A model generated the notes under the pieces. That model searched no databases, had not been told where the DNA came from, and saw only the letters and a list, made by a program, of their open reading frames with translations. A stretch of 61,057 nucleotides of DNA, the filler included. It is 6 parts of 6 records of this genome, joined end to end, with 100 filler letters (N's around TTAATTAATTAA, not from the genome) between each part and the next. Parts side by side here need not be neighbours in the genome. Positions count along the whole stretch, not along the records: positions 37,182 to 46,545 come from SRR20825010_1196; positions 46,646 to 52,044 come from SRR20825010_1207; 4 more parts are not named here. One strand, 5' to 3'. Position numbers and translations under genes: made by a program. Numbering within the stretch: position 1 is the first letter of the stretch; each line of letters opens with the position of its first letter. This document shows positions 41,871 to 52,144 of this stretch, piece by piece.

Positions 41871-42860
41871 ATGATCCGTAAAAACCATGGATATGTTCGC
41901 GCCGCCGTGTCAGCGCTGGCCTTGACGATTGGGTTCGCCACCACGGCGGGTGCGCAGGAGCAATTGACCGTCCGGCTCGATTTCTCACCCTGGGGCGTGC
42001 ATGCTGGAATGCATTTGGCGCAACAGCGCGGCTGGTTCGAAGAGGCCGGATTGAATGTCGAAGTGCAAGATGGACGTGGATCGGGCAACACTCTGCAACT
42101 GGTAAACGCCGGGCAGGTCGATGTTGGGCAGGTGCAATTGGGCCTGCTGGCGGCGGCGCGTGAAGAAGGGGCGAAAGTTACTTCTTTTGCCGGTTTTCAG
42201 CGCAAAACAGATCTTTGCATTCTTGTCGACAAGGACTCCGAGACAACTGAGATTGCAGACCTCAAAGGCAAGTCGCTCGTGGTCTTTGCTGCCAGCCCTT
42301 GGGCAAGTTTTGTCAACGATTTCATCGCCGCAGGCGGGCTGGAGGAAGGTGACGTCGAGATCCTCTTCGTTGACCCAGCCGCGCTTTGGGGCACCTACAC
42401 CGCGGGCCGGGCCGATGGGTTGATGTCGACCATCGGGTCCGCCATCCCGGTCGCCGAGGCGTCGCGCCCGTCAAAGTGCCTGATGCTCGACCTTGCCGAA
42501 CTTTACTTCCCCAGCTACGGCCTTATCGCATCTGAAGACGTGATCGCAGAGCGCGGCGAGGAGCTGGCAAAGCTGGTCGAGGTCCAGCAGCGTGCCTGGG
42601 CCGAGATCAAGGAAAACCCGCAGGCCGGGGTCGATGCGATCCTTGCCATGCGACAGGACGCCAAGCTGAACCCTGAAGTTCTGCGCGAGCAGATCCAGCT
42701 GACCGTCGACTATTTCGATACGCCCGCTACGGAAGGCAAGCCGATTGGTTGGCAGTCCGAAGAAGACTGGGCGCAGGCGCTGGCAGGGATGGAAAAGATC
42801 GGCCTGATTGCGTCTGGCTGGACAGCAACCGATTACTTCACCAATGACCTTGTCGAGTGA
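41871..42860 (+). CDS. ABC transporter substrate-binding protein (NMT1/THI5, SsuA/TauA-like)
   Basis: Signal peptide ending AGA-QE, RLDF, GWFEEAGLNVEVQDGRGS; ATG 41871 after a GGGAG RBS. Confidence 0.88.
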   Translation: MIRKNHGYVRAAVSALALTIGFATTAGAQEQLTVRLDFSPWGVHAGMHLAQQRGWFEEAGLNVEVQDGRGSGNTLQLVNAGQVDVGQVQLGLLAAAREEGAKVTSFAGFQRKTDLCILVDKDSETTEIADLKGKSLVVFAASPWASFVNDFIAAGGLEEGDVEILFVDPAALWGTYTAGRADGLMSTIGSAIPVAEASRPSKCLMLDLAELYFPSYGLIASEDVIAERGEELAKLVEVQQRAWAEIKENPQAGVDAILAMRQDAKLNPEVLREQIQLTVDYFDTPATEGKPIGWQSEEDWAQALAGMEKIGLIASGWTATDYFTNDLVE

Positions 42861-42872
42861 GGCAGGGCTAGA

Positions 42873-43676
42873 ATGGATGGAAGTTTTCAAGTGAGCGATG
42901 CGGCCACACCTTATGTCCAAATCAATGCAGTGGGGAAGGTCTACGCCTCTCCCCGCGGCGACGTGGTGGCGCTGGAGGACATCAACCTCGATATCAGGCC
43001 CGGCGAGTTCGTTAGCATTGTCGGCCCCTCTGGCTGCGGCAAGAGCACGCTGTTCAAGTGCCTCGCCGGGCTGGAGCCGGTAACATCTGGAGCCATGCGG
43101 GTGGCCGGAGGGCCGCTGTCCGGCCCTCCGGAATCACTGGGCATGGTGTTCCAGCGCGACGTGCTGCTGGACTGGCGCACGATCCTCGACAACGTGCTGT
43201 TGCAGGCCGAGTTCCGGAACCTGCCCAAGGCAAAGTACCGTGATCGCGCCGCGCAACTGTTGCAACGTTTCGGCCTTGGCGGGTTCGAAAAGATGTACCC
43301 GTGGGAGCTGTCGGGTGGGATGCGCCAGCGCGCCTCGATCTGTCGGGCGTTGCTGTGCGATCCCGACATGTTGCTGATGGACGAGCCTTTTGGCGCGCTG
43401 GACGCCATGACGCGGGACGATCTGAACCTCGAGCTGACAAGGATCTGGCAGGGCAGTGAAAAGACGGTGCTGTTCATCACGCACTCGATTGCCGAGGCGG
43501 TCTATCTGTCGGACCGGGTGGTGATGATGTCGCGCAGCCCCGGAGCGATCGTTGATGTCATCGATATCGATCTGCCGCGCCCGCGCCCGTTGTCGATCCG
43601 GGAAACCCCGGAATTCGGCGCCTACACTCAGAAGATCCGGCATCACTTTGCCGAACTGGGGATACTTAAAGAATGA
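42873..43676 (+). CDS. ABC transporter ATP-binding protein (TauB/SsuB-like)
   Basis: GPSGCGKST, LSGGMRQR, LLMDEPFGALD, FITH. Confidence 0.95.
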   Translation: MDGSFQVSDAATPYVQINAVGKVYASPRGDVVALEDINLDIRPGEFVSIVGPSGCGKSTLFKCLAGLEPVTSGAMRVAGGPLSGPPESLGMVFQRDVLLDWRTILDNVLLQAEFRNLPKAKYRDRAAQLLQRFGLGGFEKMYPWELSGGMRQRASICRALLCDPDMLLMDEPFGALDAMTRDDLNLELTRIWQGSEKTVLFITHSIAEAVYLSDRVVMMSRSPGAIVDVIDIDLPRPRPLSIRETPEFGAYTQKIRHHFAELGILKE

Positions 43677-44488
43677 AAACGCTTTTCTCGGCCCTGTCGG
43701 GCGACAACCGGACCCGCGACGTGGCGCTTGTGCTGATCGTCTCGGTCCTGCTGTGGGAGGCGGCGGTGGCGATCTTCCAGCCGCCGCTGATCTTTCTGCC
43801 GCCGCCCTCGGCGGTCTGGACAGAATTCATGTCCAGCCCCGGCGTATTCCTGAAACACATGGGCTATACGCTCTCGACCACCGCCGTGGCCTTTGCCCTG
43901 TCGGTGATCTTGGGCGTGTTCCTCGCGGTCTGTATCGTGCAGTCACCCTTCTTGGAGCGGACAGTCTACACGTTGCTGGTGGCGCTCAACTCCGTGCCCA
44001 AGGTGGCTCTGGCGCCGCTCTTTGTGATCTGGTTGGGGGTCGGCGTCGCGCCAAAGCTGGCGGTGGCGATCATGCTGGCGATCTTTCCCATCGTCATCGA
44101 CACGGTGTTGGGCCTCCGGTCGGTCGAGCCGGACATGATCAGTCTGGCCAAGACCTCGCGCGCGTCGCGCTTTCAAGTCCTGATGAAGATCCAGTTTCCA
44201 AACGCATTGCCCAGCTTGTTTGCGGGTATGAAGGTGGCGATTTCATTCGCACTGGTCGGTGCCATTGTGGGTGAATTCGTGGCGGGCGGAAACGGTTTAG
44301 GATTCCTCGTGCTGGTGGCACAGGGGCAATTCGACACCACGCGGGTCTTCGTGTCCCTTGTCCTGCTGGGCCTGATGGGCACCATCCTGTTCTACGCAGT
44401 GGATTTTCTTGAACGACTGATGCTGCCTTGGCATGTTTCGCAACGCGGTCATCGCCCATCGGCTGCGCCCGTAGCAGCAGGAGTGTGA
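43673..44488 (+). CDS. ABC transporter permease (TauC/SsuC-like)
   Basis: LPPPS, PKVALAPL, PNALPSLFAG, GAIVGEF; multiple TM helices. Confidence 0.93.
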   Translation: MKTLFSALSGDNRTRDVALVLIVSVLLWEAAVAIFQPPLIFLPPPSAVWTEFMSSPGVFLKHMGYTLSTTAVAFALSVILGVFLAVCIVQSPFLERTVYTLLVALNSVPKVALAPLFVIWLGVGVAPKLAVAIMLAIFPIVIDTVLGLRSVEPDMISLAKTSRASRFQVLMKIQFPNALPSLFAGMKVAISFALVGAIVGEFVAGGNGLGFLVLVAQGQFDTTRVFVSLVLLGLMGTILFYAVDFLERLMLPWHVSQRGHRPSAAPVAAGV

Positions 44489-44492
44489 CGAT

Positions 44493-44966
44493 ATGAACGT
44501 GAACGTGAATGAAAACCGCAACAAGCGCGCACGAGTGGCCAAAGCAGCCCATGTGTCCGGCTGCCGAATGGACCTGAGTGTCCGCCACTTCGGCCCGATG
44601 ACGGCGGACGAGCCGGAAATCGCGGGCGGCACCGACAAGGGTCCGTCCCCCTTGGAATATGTGACGTCGGGGTTGGCCGCCTGCCAGCTTGTGACTGTGA
44701 CCAAGATCGCGGACGCGATGGAGTTTTCCTATTCCGACCTCACCGTTGACGCTGAGGCGGATGTAAAGTTCCGCGCTGCCAAGGGCGCAATGAGCCCGAT
44801 CCCCCGCTTTTCGGCAGCCCGACTGGTGGTTCGGATGCAAAGCCCGGAGCCGCCTGAGCGCCGTGCGCAGCTTGAAGAGCTGGTGGAAGAACGTTGCCCG
44901 GTCAGCAACCTTTTCCTCGACGCAGGGCTGGCACCTGAGGTCGTCTGGACCTTTGAGCCCGCTTGA
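44493..44966 (+). CDS. OsmC/Ohr-family protein
   Basis: DEPEIAGGTDKGPSPLE, LAAC and ERCPVS (two conserved Cys). Confidence 0.88.
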   Translation: MNVNVNENRNKRARVAKAAHVSGCRMDLSVRHFGPMTADEPEIAGGTDKGPSPLEYVTSGLAACQLVTVTKIADAMEFSYSDLTVDAEADVKFRAAKGAMSPIPRFSAARLVVRMQSPEPPERRAQLEELVEERCPVSNLFLDAGLAPEVVWTFEPA

Positions 44967-45883
44967 CCCCCATGCGTCCCACGACTCTCGGCATCTGCGC
45001 GCTGCTCGCTACAGCCGTCCTTTGGGGCAGCAACCATGTGGTCGCCCGAGCCGCCAACGGTATCGTTCCGTTGGCGGCCTTCGTATTCTGGCGATGGGCG
45101 CTGGCACTGCCGATTATGCTTGCCATTGCCTGGCCCTCGATCCGCCGCCACCGTGCGCTCATTCGATCGGAATGGCGCGATCTTTGCCTGATTGGGACAC
45201 TGGGGGTCGGCGTCTTCGCGGCATTGCTGGTGGCAGGGGCCTATTACAGTCGCGCAGTCGAGGTGAGCATGATCAATGCCACAACCCCGGCATGGGTGGC
45301 ACTGATGTCCGTGCACCACCGAGACGCTCGTTTGAGCGGCGTGCAATGGGCCGGTCTGTCAGTTGCCATGCTGGGAACCCTTCTAATCATCTCTCGTGGC
45401 GACCTGACGTCACTGACGCAGATCGAGGCGCGAACGGGCAATTTCTTGGCGCTTGCCGCTGCAATACTCTTCGCATGGTTTGGCATCAGGCTGCGGCGCT
45501 ATTCGGGCCGCTTGCCCGCCTTCACCCTAACGACAGTCACAGCAGCCTTTGGCACGGCGATCATTTCCCTGCCCTATTATCTGATCGCAGTGTATGTTCT
45601 GCATCTACCCGTTCTTGCGACGGTTCCCGGCACCGAAGTGACTGCCGCGTTAATTATCTTGTATTGCGCCGTGGGTCCGACTTTGCTGGGCAATGCCTTC
45701 TTCATCTATGGATTGTCGGTGATCGGACCGCAGAGGGCCTCCTCGTTTCTTTATGCCGCTCCGATCGCGTCCTCTGTGCTTGCGGTGGTCTTTCTAGGTG
45801 AAATCCTGCGCCCGTATCACTTTGTCGGATACGCCATGATCTTGACCGGTCTTGTCATGGTGAATAGGCGCCGCAGTGAATGA
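44963..45883 (+). CDS. DMT/EamA-family transporter
   Basis: LWGSN start, about 10 TM helices, twofold EamA repeat, FLGE near the end. Confidence 0.88.
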   Translation: MTPMRPTTLGICALLATAVLWGSNHVVARAANGIVPLAAFVFWRWALALPIMLAIAWPSIRRHRALIRSEWRDLCLIGTLGVGVFAALLVAGAYYSRAVEVSMINATTPAWVALMSVHHRDARLSGVQWAGLSVAMLGTLLIISRGDLTSLTQIEARTGNFLALAAAILFAWFGIRLRRYSGRLPAFTLTTVTAAFGTAIISLPYYLIAVYVLHLPVLATVPGTEVTAALIILYCAVGPTLLGNAFFIYGLSVIGPQRASSFLYAAPIASSVLAVVFLGEILRPYHFVGYAMILTGLVMVNRRRSE

Positions 45884-45886
45884 CCG

Positions 45887-46188
45887 TGATGTGCTCTCCT
45901 GAAATGCCCGGTGTTTGAAGTTGGCCTGTTCTTCACACGAGGAGACAGGCAAAGCAGGAGAGTCCTTTCAAAAGGCAGATCAATCGTTGCCCGGCAGGCG
46001 ATTTGCAAAACCGTTCTACCGAGAGGGGAGTTCTAATGCAGCATCAGGCCGGGATGGGCACCAAGGCACTGTGCCGGAATGAGCACTTGGTCGTCAGTCT
46101 GCGCCACACCCGCAGGCTGATCTCGGCTTGGCGTGACGGCAACAACCATCACCGCCCACACACGAGCCTCGAAGAGCTCACTCTGTAA
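45887..46188 (+). mobile_element. Internally deleted IS3-family (IS407-like) remnant
   Basis: TG-starting left end, GAGGAG RBS, decayed OrfA start (..PFKRQI / GVLMQHQAGMGTKALCR) fused to an OrfB-end motif (NEHLVVSLRHTRRLISAWRDGNNHHRPHTSL). Confidence 0.75.
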
Positions 46189-46189
46189 G

Positions 46190-46265
46190 GATAATGAGCG
46201 ACGAGTGCCCGATTGTTGCCGCGAGATGCACCAGTAACAAGAATGATTGGACTGTCTTCGGTCAT
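46190..46265 (-). pseudogene. Possible short-chain dehydrogenase N-terminal fragment
   Basis: MTEDSPIILVTGASRGNNRALVAHY resembles the ILVTGASRGIG Rossmann start; abuts the IS remnant. Confidence 0.45.
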
Positions 46266-46545
46266 CGGGAGGCGTCCTGTTCGATTTGGCGTCTCAACAG
46301 GAACTCGCGGCGTTGGCATCTACAGGATTGAATAATCATGCCAATCTCGCAGAGAGGTTAGCTAAACCTAATTGAACGTATCCATCCTGACACCGATGTG
46401 GCTTGGCACTGCCAAAGCTGGTGCGCAATGCCTTGGACAATGGGGCACCTGCAACCCACTTACATCCCGAGCACCCTTGGCTTTTGAGGGGGCACCAGGG
46501 CCCAGGCCATTGGGTTTTTGCCGACTCCTGAAGAAGGTCACACAC

Positions 46546-46645
46546 NNNNNNNNNNNNNNNNNNNNNNNNNNNNNNNNNNNNNNNNNNNNTTAATTAATTA
46601 ANNNNNNNNNNNNNNNNNNNNNNNNNNNNNNNNNNNNNNNNNNNN
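46546..46645. other. Artificial contig linker
   Basis: 44 N + TTAATTAATTAA + 44 N. Confidence 0.98.
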
Positions 46646-46675
46646 GTGGAAGTTCGAGTCTTCTCCTGGGCACCA
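46646..46675 (+). tRNA. 3' end of a tRNA, probably tRNA-Leu (anticodon not in view)
   Basis: GTGGAAGTTCGAGTCTTCTCCTGGGCACCA: T-arm, acceptor strand, discriminator A and CCA. Confidence 0.8.
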
Positions 46676-46743
46676 ATGCTTTAGCATATATTTACGGTTA
46701 TGCCTCATCCTTCTCGCCGCACTAGCCGTTACCGGAGGATGAA

Positions 46744-47358
46744 ATGGCACTTTTTCTGCATCATGGCGACCTTCCCGACGATATCGACCTCGGTCCATCC
46801 ATTGCGGTGGACAGCGAGACGATGGGGCTTCTCCCGCATCGTGACCGGCTCTGCCTTGTGCAGCTCTCGTCCGGCGATGGAAATGCGCATCTCGTCAAGT
46901 TCGATGGCAAAAGCTATGACGCTCCAAATCTCGTCCGGCAGCTTGACGATCCGGAGCGGCTCAAGATTTTTCATTTCGGCCGGTTCGATATTGCTGTGAT
47001 GGAACATTACCTCAATGTGACCTGCGCGCCTGTTTACTGCACGAAAATCGCCTCCCGCTTGGTCAGGACCTACACCGACCGCCACGGGCTCAAGAACCTC
47101 TGTCAGGAGATTCTCGGCATTGATATTTCAAAGCAGCAGCAATCCTCTGATTGGGGCGCTGATGAACTCAGTGACGCGCAAATGGAATATGCCGCGTCCG
47201 ATGTTCTCTATCTGCACCGGTTGAAAGAAAGCCTAGATGAAATGCTGATACGCGAAGGGCGAATGGAACTCGCGGAGCAATGTTTCAAATTTCTGCCGAC
47301 CCGCGCCAGGCTCGATCTTGCGGGATGGGCGGATACAGACATCTTCGCACATAGCTAG
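46744..47358 (+). CDS. rnd: Ribonuclease D-family 3'-5' exonuclease (short form)
   Basis: AVDSETMGL, RDRLCLVQ, FHFGRFD, CTKIAS, QQSSDWG, YAASDV (DEDDy). Confidence 0.9.
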   Translation: MALFLHHGDLPDDIDLGPSIAVDSETMGLLPHRDRLCLVQLSSGDGNAHLVKFDGKSYDAPNLVRQLDDPERLKIFHFGRFDIAVMEHYLNVTCAPVYCTKIASRLVRTYTDRHGLKNLCQEILGIDISKQQQSSDWGADELSDAQMEYAASDVLYLHRLKESLDEMLIREGRMELAEQCFKFLPTRARLDLAGWADTDIFAHS

Positions 47359-47476
47359 AGGTAGGGACGGCAAAGCGCTATTATCCTTGTTAAGAAGGCG
47401 CAATTTTCTTATATATTGATGGACTTCAGTGATAGTGTGTCGGACCGGTTGTAACGGCGCCGGAAAGCGCAAACAG

Positions 47477-48493
47477 ATGGCGGATCGGTTAATGGCATTT
47501 TCAAAGGACGCGGCGACAGCCCGAGTTGACGAGACAGCCGATCTCGTTGCCGCCCGGAAAGTGCTGAAAACTGAAGCGGATGCGCTTCTACAGCTTCTGG
47601 ACGATCTCGACGGAGAGTTTATCAAAGCCCTTGATTTTATCTTCAAGGCGCGCGGTCGCGTCATTGTCAGCGGCATGGGCAAAAGCGGGCATATCGGCAA
47701 CAAGATTGCGGCGACACTCGCATCCACTGGCACCCCTGCACAATTCGTTCACCCGGCCGAGGCGAGCCACGGGGACCTTGGCATGATCACAAAGAATGAT
47801 GTGGTGCTGTGCCTCTCCAATTCCGGCGGCACAAAAGAACTGAACGATATCATTGCCTACACCCGGCGGTTCCATATCCCTCTCATCGCGATTGTCGGCA
47901 AAGCCGACAGCACGCTTGGTCGCCGCGCCGATGCGCTGTTACTCCTACCCGACGCACCGGAAGCCTGCCCGATGGGTCTCGCGCCAACAACATCGACAAC
48001 GGCAGCGCTGGCGATGGGGGATGCCCTTGCGGTTGCCCTGCTTTCGCGCCGAGGCTTCGATGCCGAACAGTTCCGCGTTTTTCACCCAGGTGGCAAGCTG
48101 GGTGACTCCCTTATCAAAGTCGCGGACCTAATGCACACCGGAGACGCCATGCCACTCGCCCGCGAAGGCACGTTAATGAGCGAAGCGCTTATCGAGATTT
48201 CCGCAAAAAGTTTCGGTTGCGTCGGCGTTCTGGACGAGAAAAATGCCCTTGTCGGGATAATTACCGATGGAGATTTGCGCCGGCATATGGGGGCAGACCT
48301 TCTCGGTAAACCTGTGAATGAGGTGATGACCCGTAATCCGCAGACGATTTCCGCAAGGGCGCTGGCCGGAGAAGCTCTCGCGCAGATGAATTCTACAGGG
48401 TTTAATGGTATTACCTGCCTATTTGTGGTCGATGAAGGGCAAACGATCGGCATCATCAGTGTGCATGACTGCCTGCGCAGCGGAGTCATGTAA
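47477..48493 (+). CDS. kdsD: Arabinose-5-phosphate isomerase KpsF/GutQ (SIS + CBS)
   Basis: GMGKSGHIG, HPAEASHGDLG, SNSG, APTTST, HPGGKLG, CBS pair; start uncertain. Confidence 0.93.
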   Translation: MADRLMAFSKDAATARVDETADLVAARKVLKTEADALLQLLDDLDGEFIKALDFIFKARGRVIVSGMGKSGHIGNKIAATLASTGTPAQFVHPAEASHGDLGMITKNDVVLCLSNSGGTKELNDIIAYTRRFHIPLIAIVGKADSTLGRRADALLLLPDAPEACPMGLAPTTSTTAALAMGDALAVALLSRRGFDAEQFRVFHPGGKLGDSLIKVADLMHTGDAMPLAREGTLMSEALIEISAKSFGCVGVLDEKNALVGIITDGDLRRHMGADLLGKPVNEVMTRNPQTISARALAGEALAQMNSTGFNGITCLFVVDEGQTIGIISVHDCLRSGVM

Positions 48494-48496
48494 CAA

Positions 48497-49174
48497 ATGA
48501 AACGCGTGGATGCCATACCAACAAAGGACGAAATCTCGAACGAGACGCTTGCCGGCACGACTGACTTCATTGGCACGCCGGGGCTGGTGGAAATGAAGTT
48601 CAACGCCCGCTACAGCCATTTTGTTACGATTATTAAGTTCATATTGTTGGGACTTGCCATCCTGCTTGTCGGACTTGCCTTTATCCTTCCTAATCTTGAT
48701 AAGCCGGAGGGGTTCAAGCTCGATTACGCGGACGTCACGGTATCCGATGACGGGCTGACGATGAAGAACCCGCAATATGTCGCAAGCGATATTAACGAGC
48801 GGCAGTATGTCGTGACGGCGGATACAGCAACGCAGAAGACAGCAACGGCGTCCCTTGTCTCGCTCAAAAATATTCAGGCGGATATCACCCTTCCCAGTCA
48901 GGACTGGATTTCCATCACGGCACCGGCGGGAGAACTGGATACGGAAACCGGCGTTTTGGACCTTTATGGCGAGATTGATATTTTCAGCGACAGCGGCAAT
49001 CAGTTTTCCGCCAACTCGGCCCAGGTCAACCTGAAGAAGCGGACGATCACAAGTAAAAATCCGTTGAAAGGCCATGGTCCGCTCGGCGCCATTGAAGCGG
49101 ATAGCCTTGCCGCCGACCAGATTACTGGTAACATACGATTTGACGGCAATGTCAAAATGACTATCAATCCTTAA
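48497..49174 (+). CDS. lptC: LPS export protein LptC
   Basis: Single TM helix then a beta-rich domain (MKNPQY, FDGNVKMTI); lies between kdsD and lptA. Confidence 0.8.
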   Translation: MKRVDAIPTKDEISNETLAGTTDFIGTPGLVEMKFNARYSHFVTIIKFILLGLAILLVGLAFILPNLDKPEGFKLDYADVTVSDDGLTMKNPQYVASDINERQYVVTADTATQKTATASLVSLKNIQADITLPSQDWISITAPAGELDTETGVLDLYGEIDIFSDSGNQFSANSAQVNLKKRTITSKNPLKGHGPLGAIEADSLAADQITGNIRFDGNVKMTINP

Positions 49175-49196
49175 AAAGAATCTTGGACATCCCCAA

Positions 49197-49754
49197 ATGC
49201 GCAGGCTGACAAAAAAACTAATAATACTGATCCTTGCCATTGGCCTGTTTGCTGCAGGGTCTCCCGAGAGCGCCATGGCGCAATCCGCCCTCACCGGGGG
49301 CAGTTTCGATACCAATCAGCCGATCGAGATCACCGCGGACTCGCTTGAGGTGCAACAGGCCAACCAGCTCGCCATCTTCGAAGGAAATGTTCAGGTTGTG
49401 CAGGGCGAGATCAGGATGCGCGCCGCCAAACTTATGGTGCATTACGCCGATAAGAGCCAGTCAAAGAATGGAGAGCCTGCCAACATCCGTCAGATTGATG
49501 CTCTGGGAAATGTATTCCTTTCCAGCCCGCGAGAAACGGCGCAAGGAGACAAGGGCGTTTATGATGTCATAAATAAGCAGATTGAATTGCAGGGAAATGT
49601 GGTATTAACGCAAGGAAAGAACGTTCTACGCGGCAACACGCTGACACTTAACCTGATTACCGGCAAAAGCCGGGTTGAAGGCGGCGGCGCGGCAGACGGA
49701 AACACGGGCCGCGTAAAGGGGATTTTTGTTCCTGAGAAAAAAACCGGCGAGTAG
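49197..49754 (+). CDS. lptA: LPS transport periplasmic protein LptA
   Basis: Signal peptide, [36 protein letters not shown]. Confidence 0.93.
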   Translation: MRRLTKKLIILILAIGLFAAGSPESAMAQSALTGGSFDTNQPIEITADSLEVQQANQLAIFEGNVQVVQGEIRMRAAKLMVHYADKSQSKNGEPANIRQIDALGNVFLSSPRETAQGDKGVYDVINKQIELQGNVVLTQGKNVLRGNTLTLNLITGKSRVEGGGAADGNTGRVKGIFVPEKKTGE

Positions 49755-49768
49755 AGTATGAGACGGAT

Positions 49769-50542
49769 ATGACAACAGGAACAGAGGAAGTGGAGCGGGG
49801 CCCGCGGCTGGTAGCCGAAAACTCCGGCCTGAGAGCGCAAAACATTGGCAAGGCCTTCAAAAAGAGACCGATCCTTCGCGGCGTCGACATAACCGTCAGC
49901 CGCGGTGAGGCCGTTGGCCTCCTCGGGCCCAACGGTGCCGGCAAGACGACCAGCTTCTATATCATTTCAGGCTTGTTGCGACCCGACTATGGCACAATTT
50001 ATCTTGATGGCCGGGATGTCACGGAACTCCCGATGTATCGGCGCGCCCGTCTGGGTATCGGTTATCTGCCGCAGGAAGCATCGATTTTCCGTGGCATGAA
50101 TGTGGAGCAGAATATCCGCTCCGTTCTGGAACTTATCGAGCCTGTCCGGGAAAAGCGCGAGAACCAGTTGGAGAGTCTGCTCGCGGAGTTTTCCATCTCT
50201 CACCTTCGCCGCACGCCATCGATTGCCCTGTCAGGTGGGGAGCGCCGCCGTGTTGAGATAGCCCGCGCGCTCGCGGGCCAGCCTAACTACATTATGCTCG
50301 ACGAGCCATTGGCGGGCATTGACCCAATCGCGGTTGGCGATATACGCGATCTGGTTTCTCACCTCAAAGACCGTGGGATAGGTGTTCTGATTACCGAACA
50401 CAATGTGCGTGAAACGCTTGATATCATTGACCGTGCATATATTCTTAACGAAGGTCGTGTCATAAAGGAAGGAAACCCGTCGGAGATCGTATCCGATGAA
50501 GGAGTGAGACGCGTATATTTGGGGGATCGCTTCAATCTCTAG
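49769..50542 (+). CDS. lptB: LPS export ABC ATP-binding protein LptB
   Basis: [47 protein letters not shown]. Confidence 0.97.
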   Translation: MTTGTEEVERGPRLVAENSGLRAQNIGKAFKKRPILRGVDITVSRGEAVGLLGPNGAGKTTSFYIISGLLRPDYGTIYLDGRDVTELPMYRRARLGIGYLPQEASIFRGMNVEQNIRSVLELIEPVREKRENQLESLLAEFSISHLRRTPSIALSGGERRRVEIARALAGQPNYIMLDEPLAGIDPIAVGDIRDLVSHLKDRGIGVLITEHNVRETLDIIDRAYILNEGRVIKEGNPSEIVSDEGVRRVYLGDRFNL

Positions 50543-50575
50543 ACAGCTTGAGATTGACAGAGATCAGGAGAGACA

Positions 50576-52044
50576 ATGGCGCTAACGCCCAGACTTGATC
50601 TAAGGCAAAGCCAGCAACTTGTGATGACGCCACAGTTGCAGCAAGCAATTAAGCTGTTGCAATTGTCCAATCTGGACCTAGCTGCCTATGTGGAACAGGA
50701 GCTGGAGAAAAACCCCCTTCTTGAACGCGACGAGACGCAACCCGGCGAAGATGAATATCCTGCCACGGATGGTGACGCAGACATCGAAATTGACGGAGAC
50801 CCCACATCACTTGAGGAAATAAATATTTCTGAAGAAGTGCCCCTCTCCGCCGCCGAAAATACCGCCATCGATACCGATTACGACAATATCTATACAAGTG
50901 ACTCCCCTCTTGATGCTCCGTCAGATGCGATTGGCGCGGATGCCGCCAATACCGGTGTTCTAGGCGCAAGCTCTGGGGGCAGCAATTCCTTTTCCGGGGC
51001 TGATCTTAATCTAGAGAATACCTTAAGTGAGGATCTATCCCTTCACGACCATCTCAGCCAGCAGCTAAATCTCCTGTCTCTTTCGCCTGCAGACAAACTG
51101 ATCGCGTCATACCTTATTGATATGGTGAGCGATACGGGATACCTAGTTGGCGATCTGATCGAGGCAGCAGAAAGCCTAGGCTGCACCGCGGAGCGGATAA
51201 AGTCTGTCCTCGAAATCCTGCGAGGTATGGAGCCTACAGGCGTTTTTGCAGCCGATCTCACCGAATGTCTTGCATTGCAGCTAAAGGAAAAGGACCGCTA
51301 CGATCCGGCAATCGCGGCACTTCTTCAAAACCTGCAGATGCTGGCCGAGGGTAATCTCAAAGGTTTGCTGGAGGTCTGCGGCATCGATCAGGAAGATCTC
51401 GCCGACATGATTTCTGAGATCAAGGCGCTGGACCCGAAACCCGGTTTGCAGTTCGGGGGAGAGGTGGCACAGACCGTCGTACCCGATGTCTTTGTTCACC
51501 GGCGACCTGACGGCGGCTGGCAGATCGAGTTGAACAGCGAAACCCTACCCAAGGTGCTTGTCAATAACCGCTACTATTCGGTTATCAGCAACAAGTCGCG
51601 GCGTAAGGAGGAAAAGGAGTATCTGTCCGAATGCCTGAACTCGGCCAACTGGTTGGTGAAATCTCTGGATCAACGTGCCCATACTATCCTGAAGGTTGCC
51701 ACCGCACTGGTTGAGGAGCAGGAAATGTTCTTCACTCAGGGGATTGAGTTTCTCCGTCCGCTTAACCTGAAAACCATTGCCGAGGCGATTTCGATGCATG
51801 AAAGCACGGTGAGCCGGGTTACCTCTAATAAATATCTGGCCACTTCCCGCGGGGTGTTCGAGCTGAAATATTTTTTCACCTCCGCCATCAATTCGACATC
51901 CGGAGGCGATTCCCACTCGGCGGCGTCCGTCCGACATAAATTAAAACAGCTTATTAATGACGAAGCCCCAAATCGCATTCTTTCTGACGACAAAATCGTC
52001 GAATTGATGAAACTTCAGGGGATAGATATTGCACGGCGTACTGT
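50576..52044 (+). CDS. rpoN: RNA polymerase sigma-54 factor (3' truncated)
   Basis: MTPQLQQAIKLLQLS, NPLLE, MHESTVSRVT, ELKYFF, start of the RpoN box IARRT. Confidence 0.97.
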
Positions 52045-52144
52045 NNNNNNNNNNNNNNNNNNNNNNNNNNNNNNNNNNNNNNNNNNNNTTAATTAATTAA
52101 NNNNNNNNNNNNNNNNNNNNNNNNNNNNNNNNNNNNNNNNNNNN
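52045..52144. other. Artificial contig linker
   Basis: 44 N + TTAATTAATTAA + 44 N. Confidence 0.98.

Noticed and set aside
44493-44516. ATGAAC-GTGAAC-GTGAAT hexamer repeat at the OsmC start
   Set aside because: It has only about three imperfect in-frame units, too short to argue for phase variation.
46646-46675. tRNA 3' fragment as a prophage or island att site (also 20448-20513)
   Set aside because: Both fragments are cut exactly at contig ends and have no adjacent integrase, so truncation explains them.
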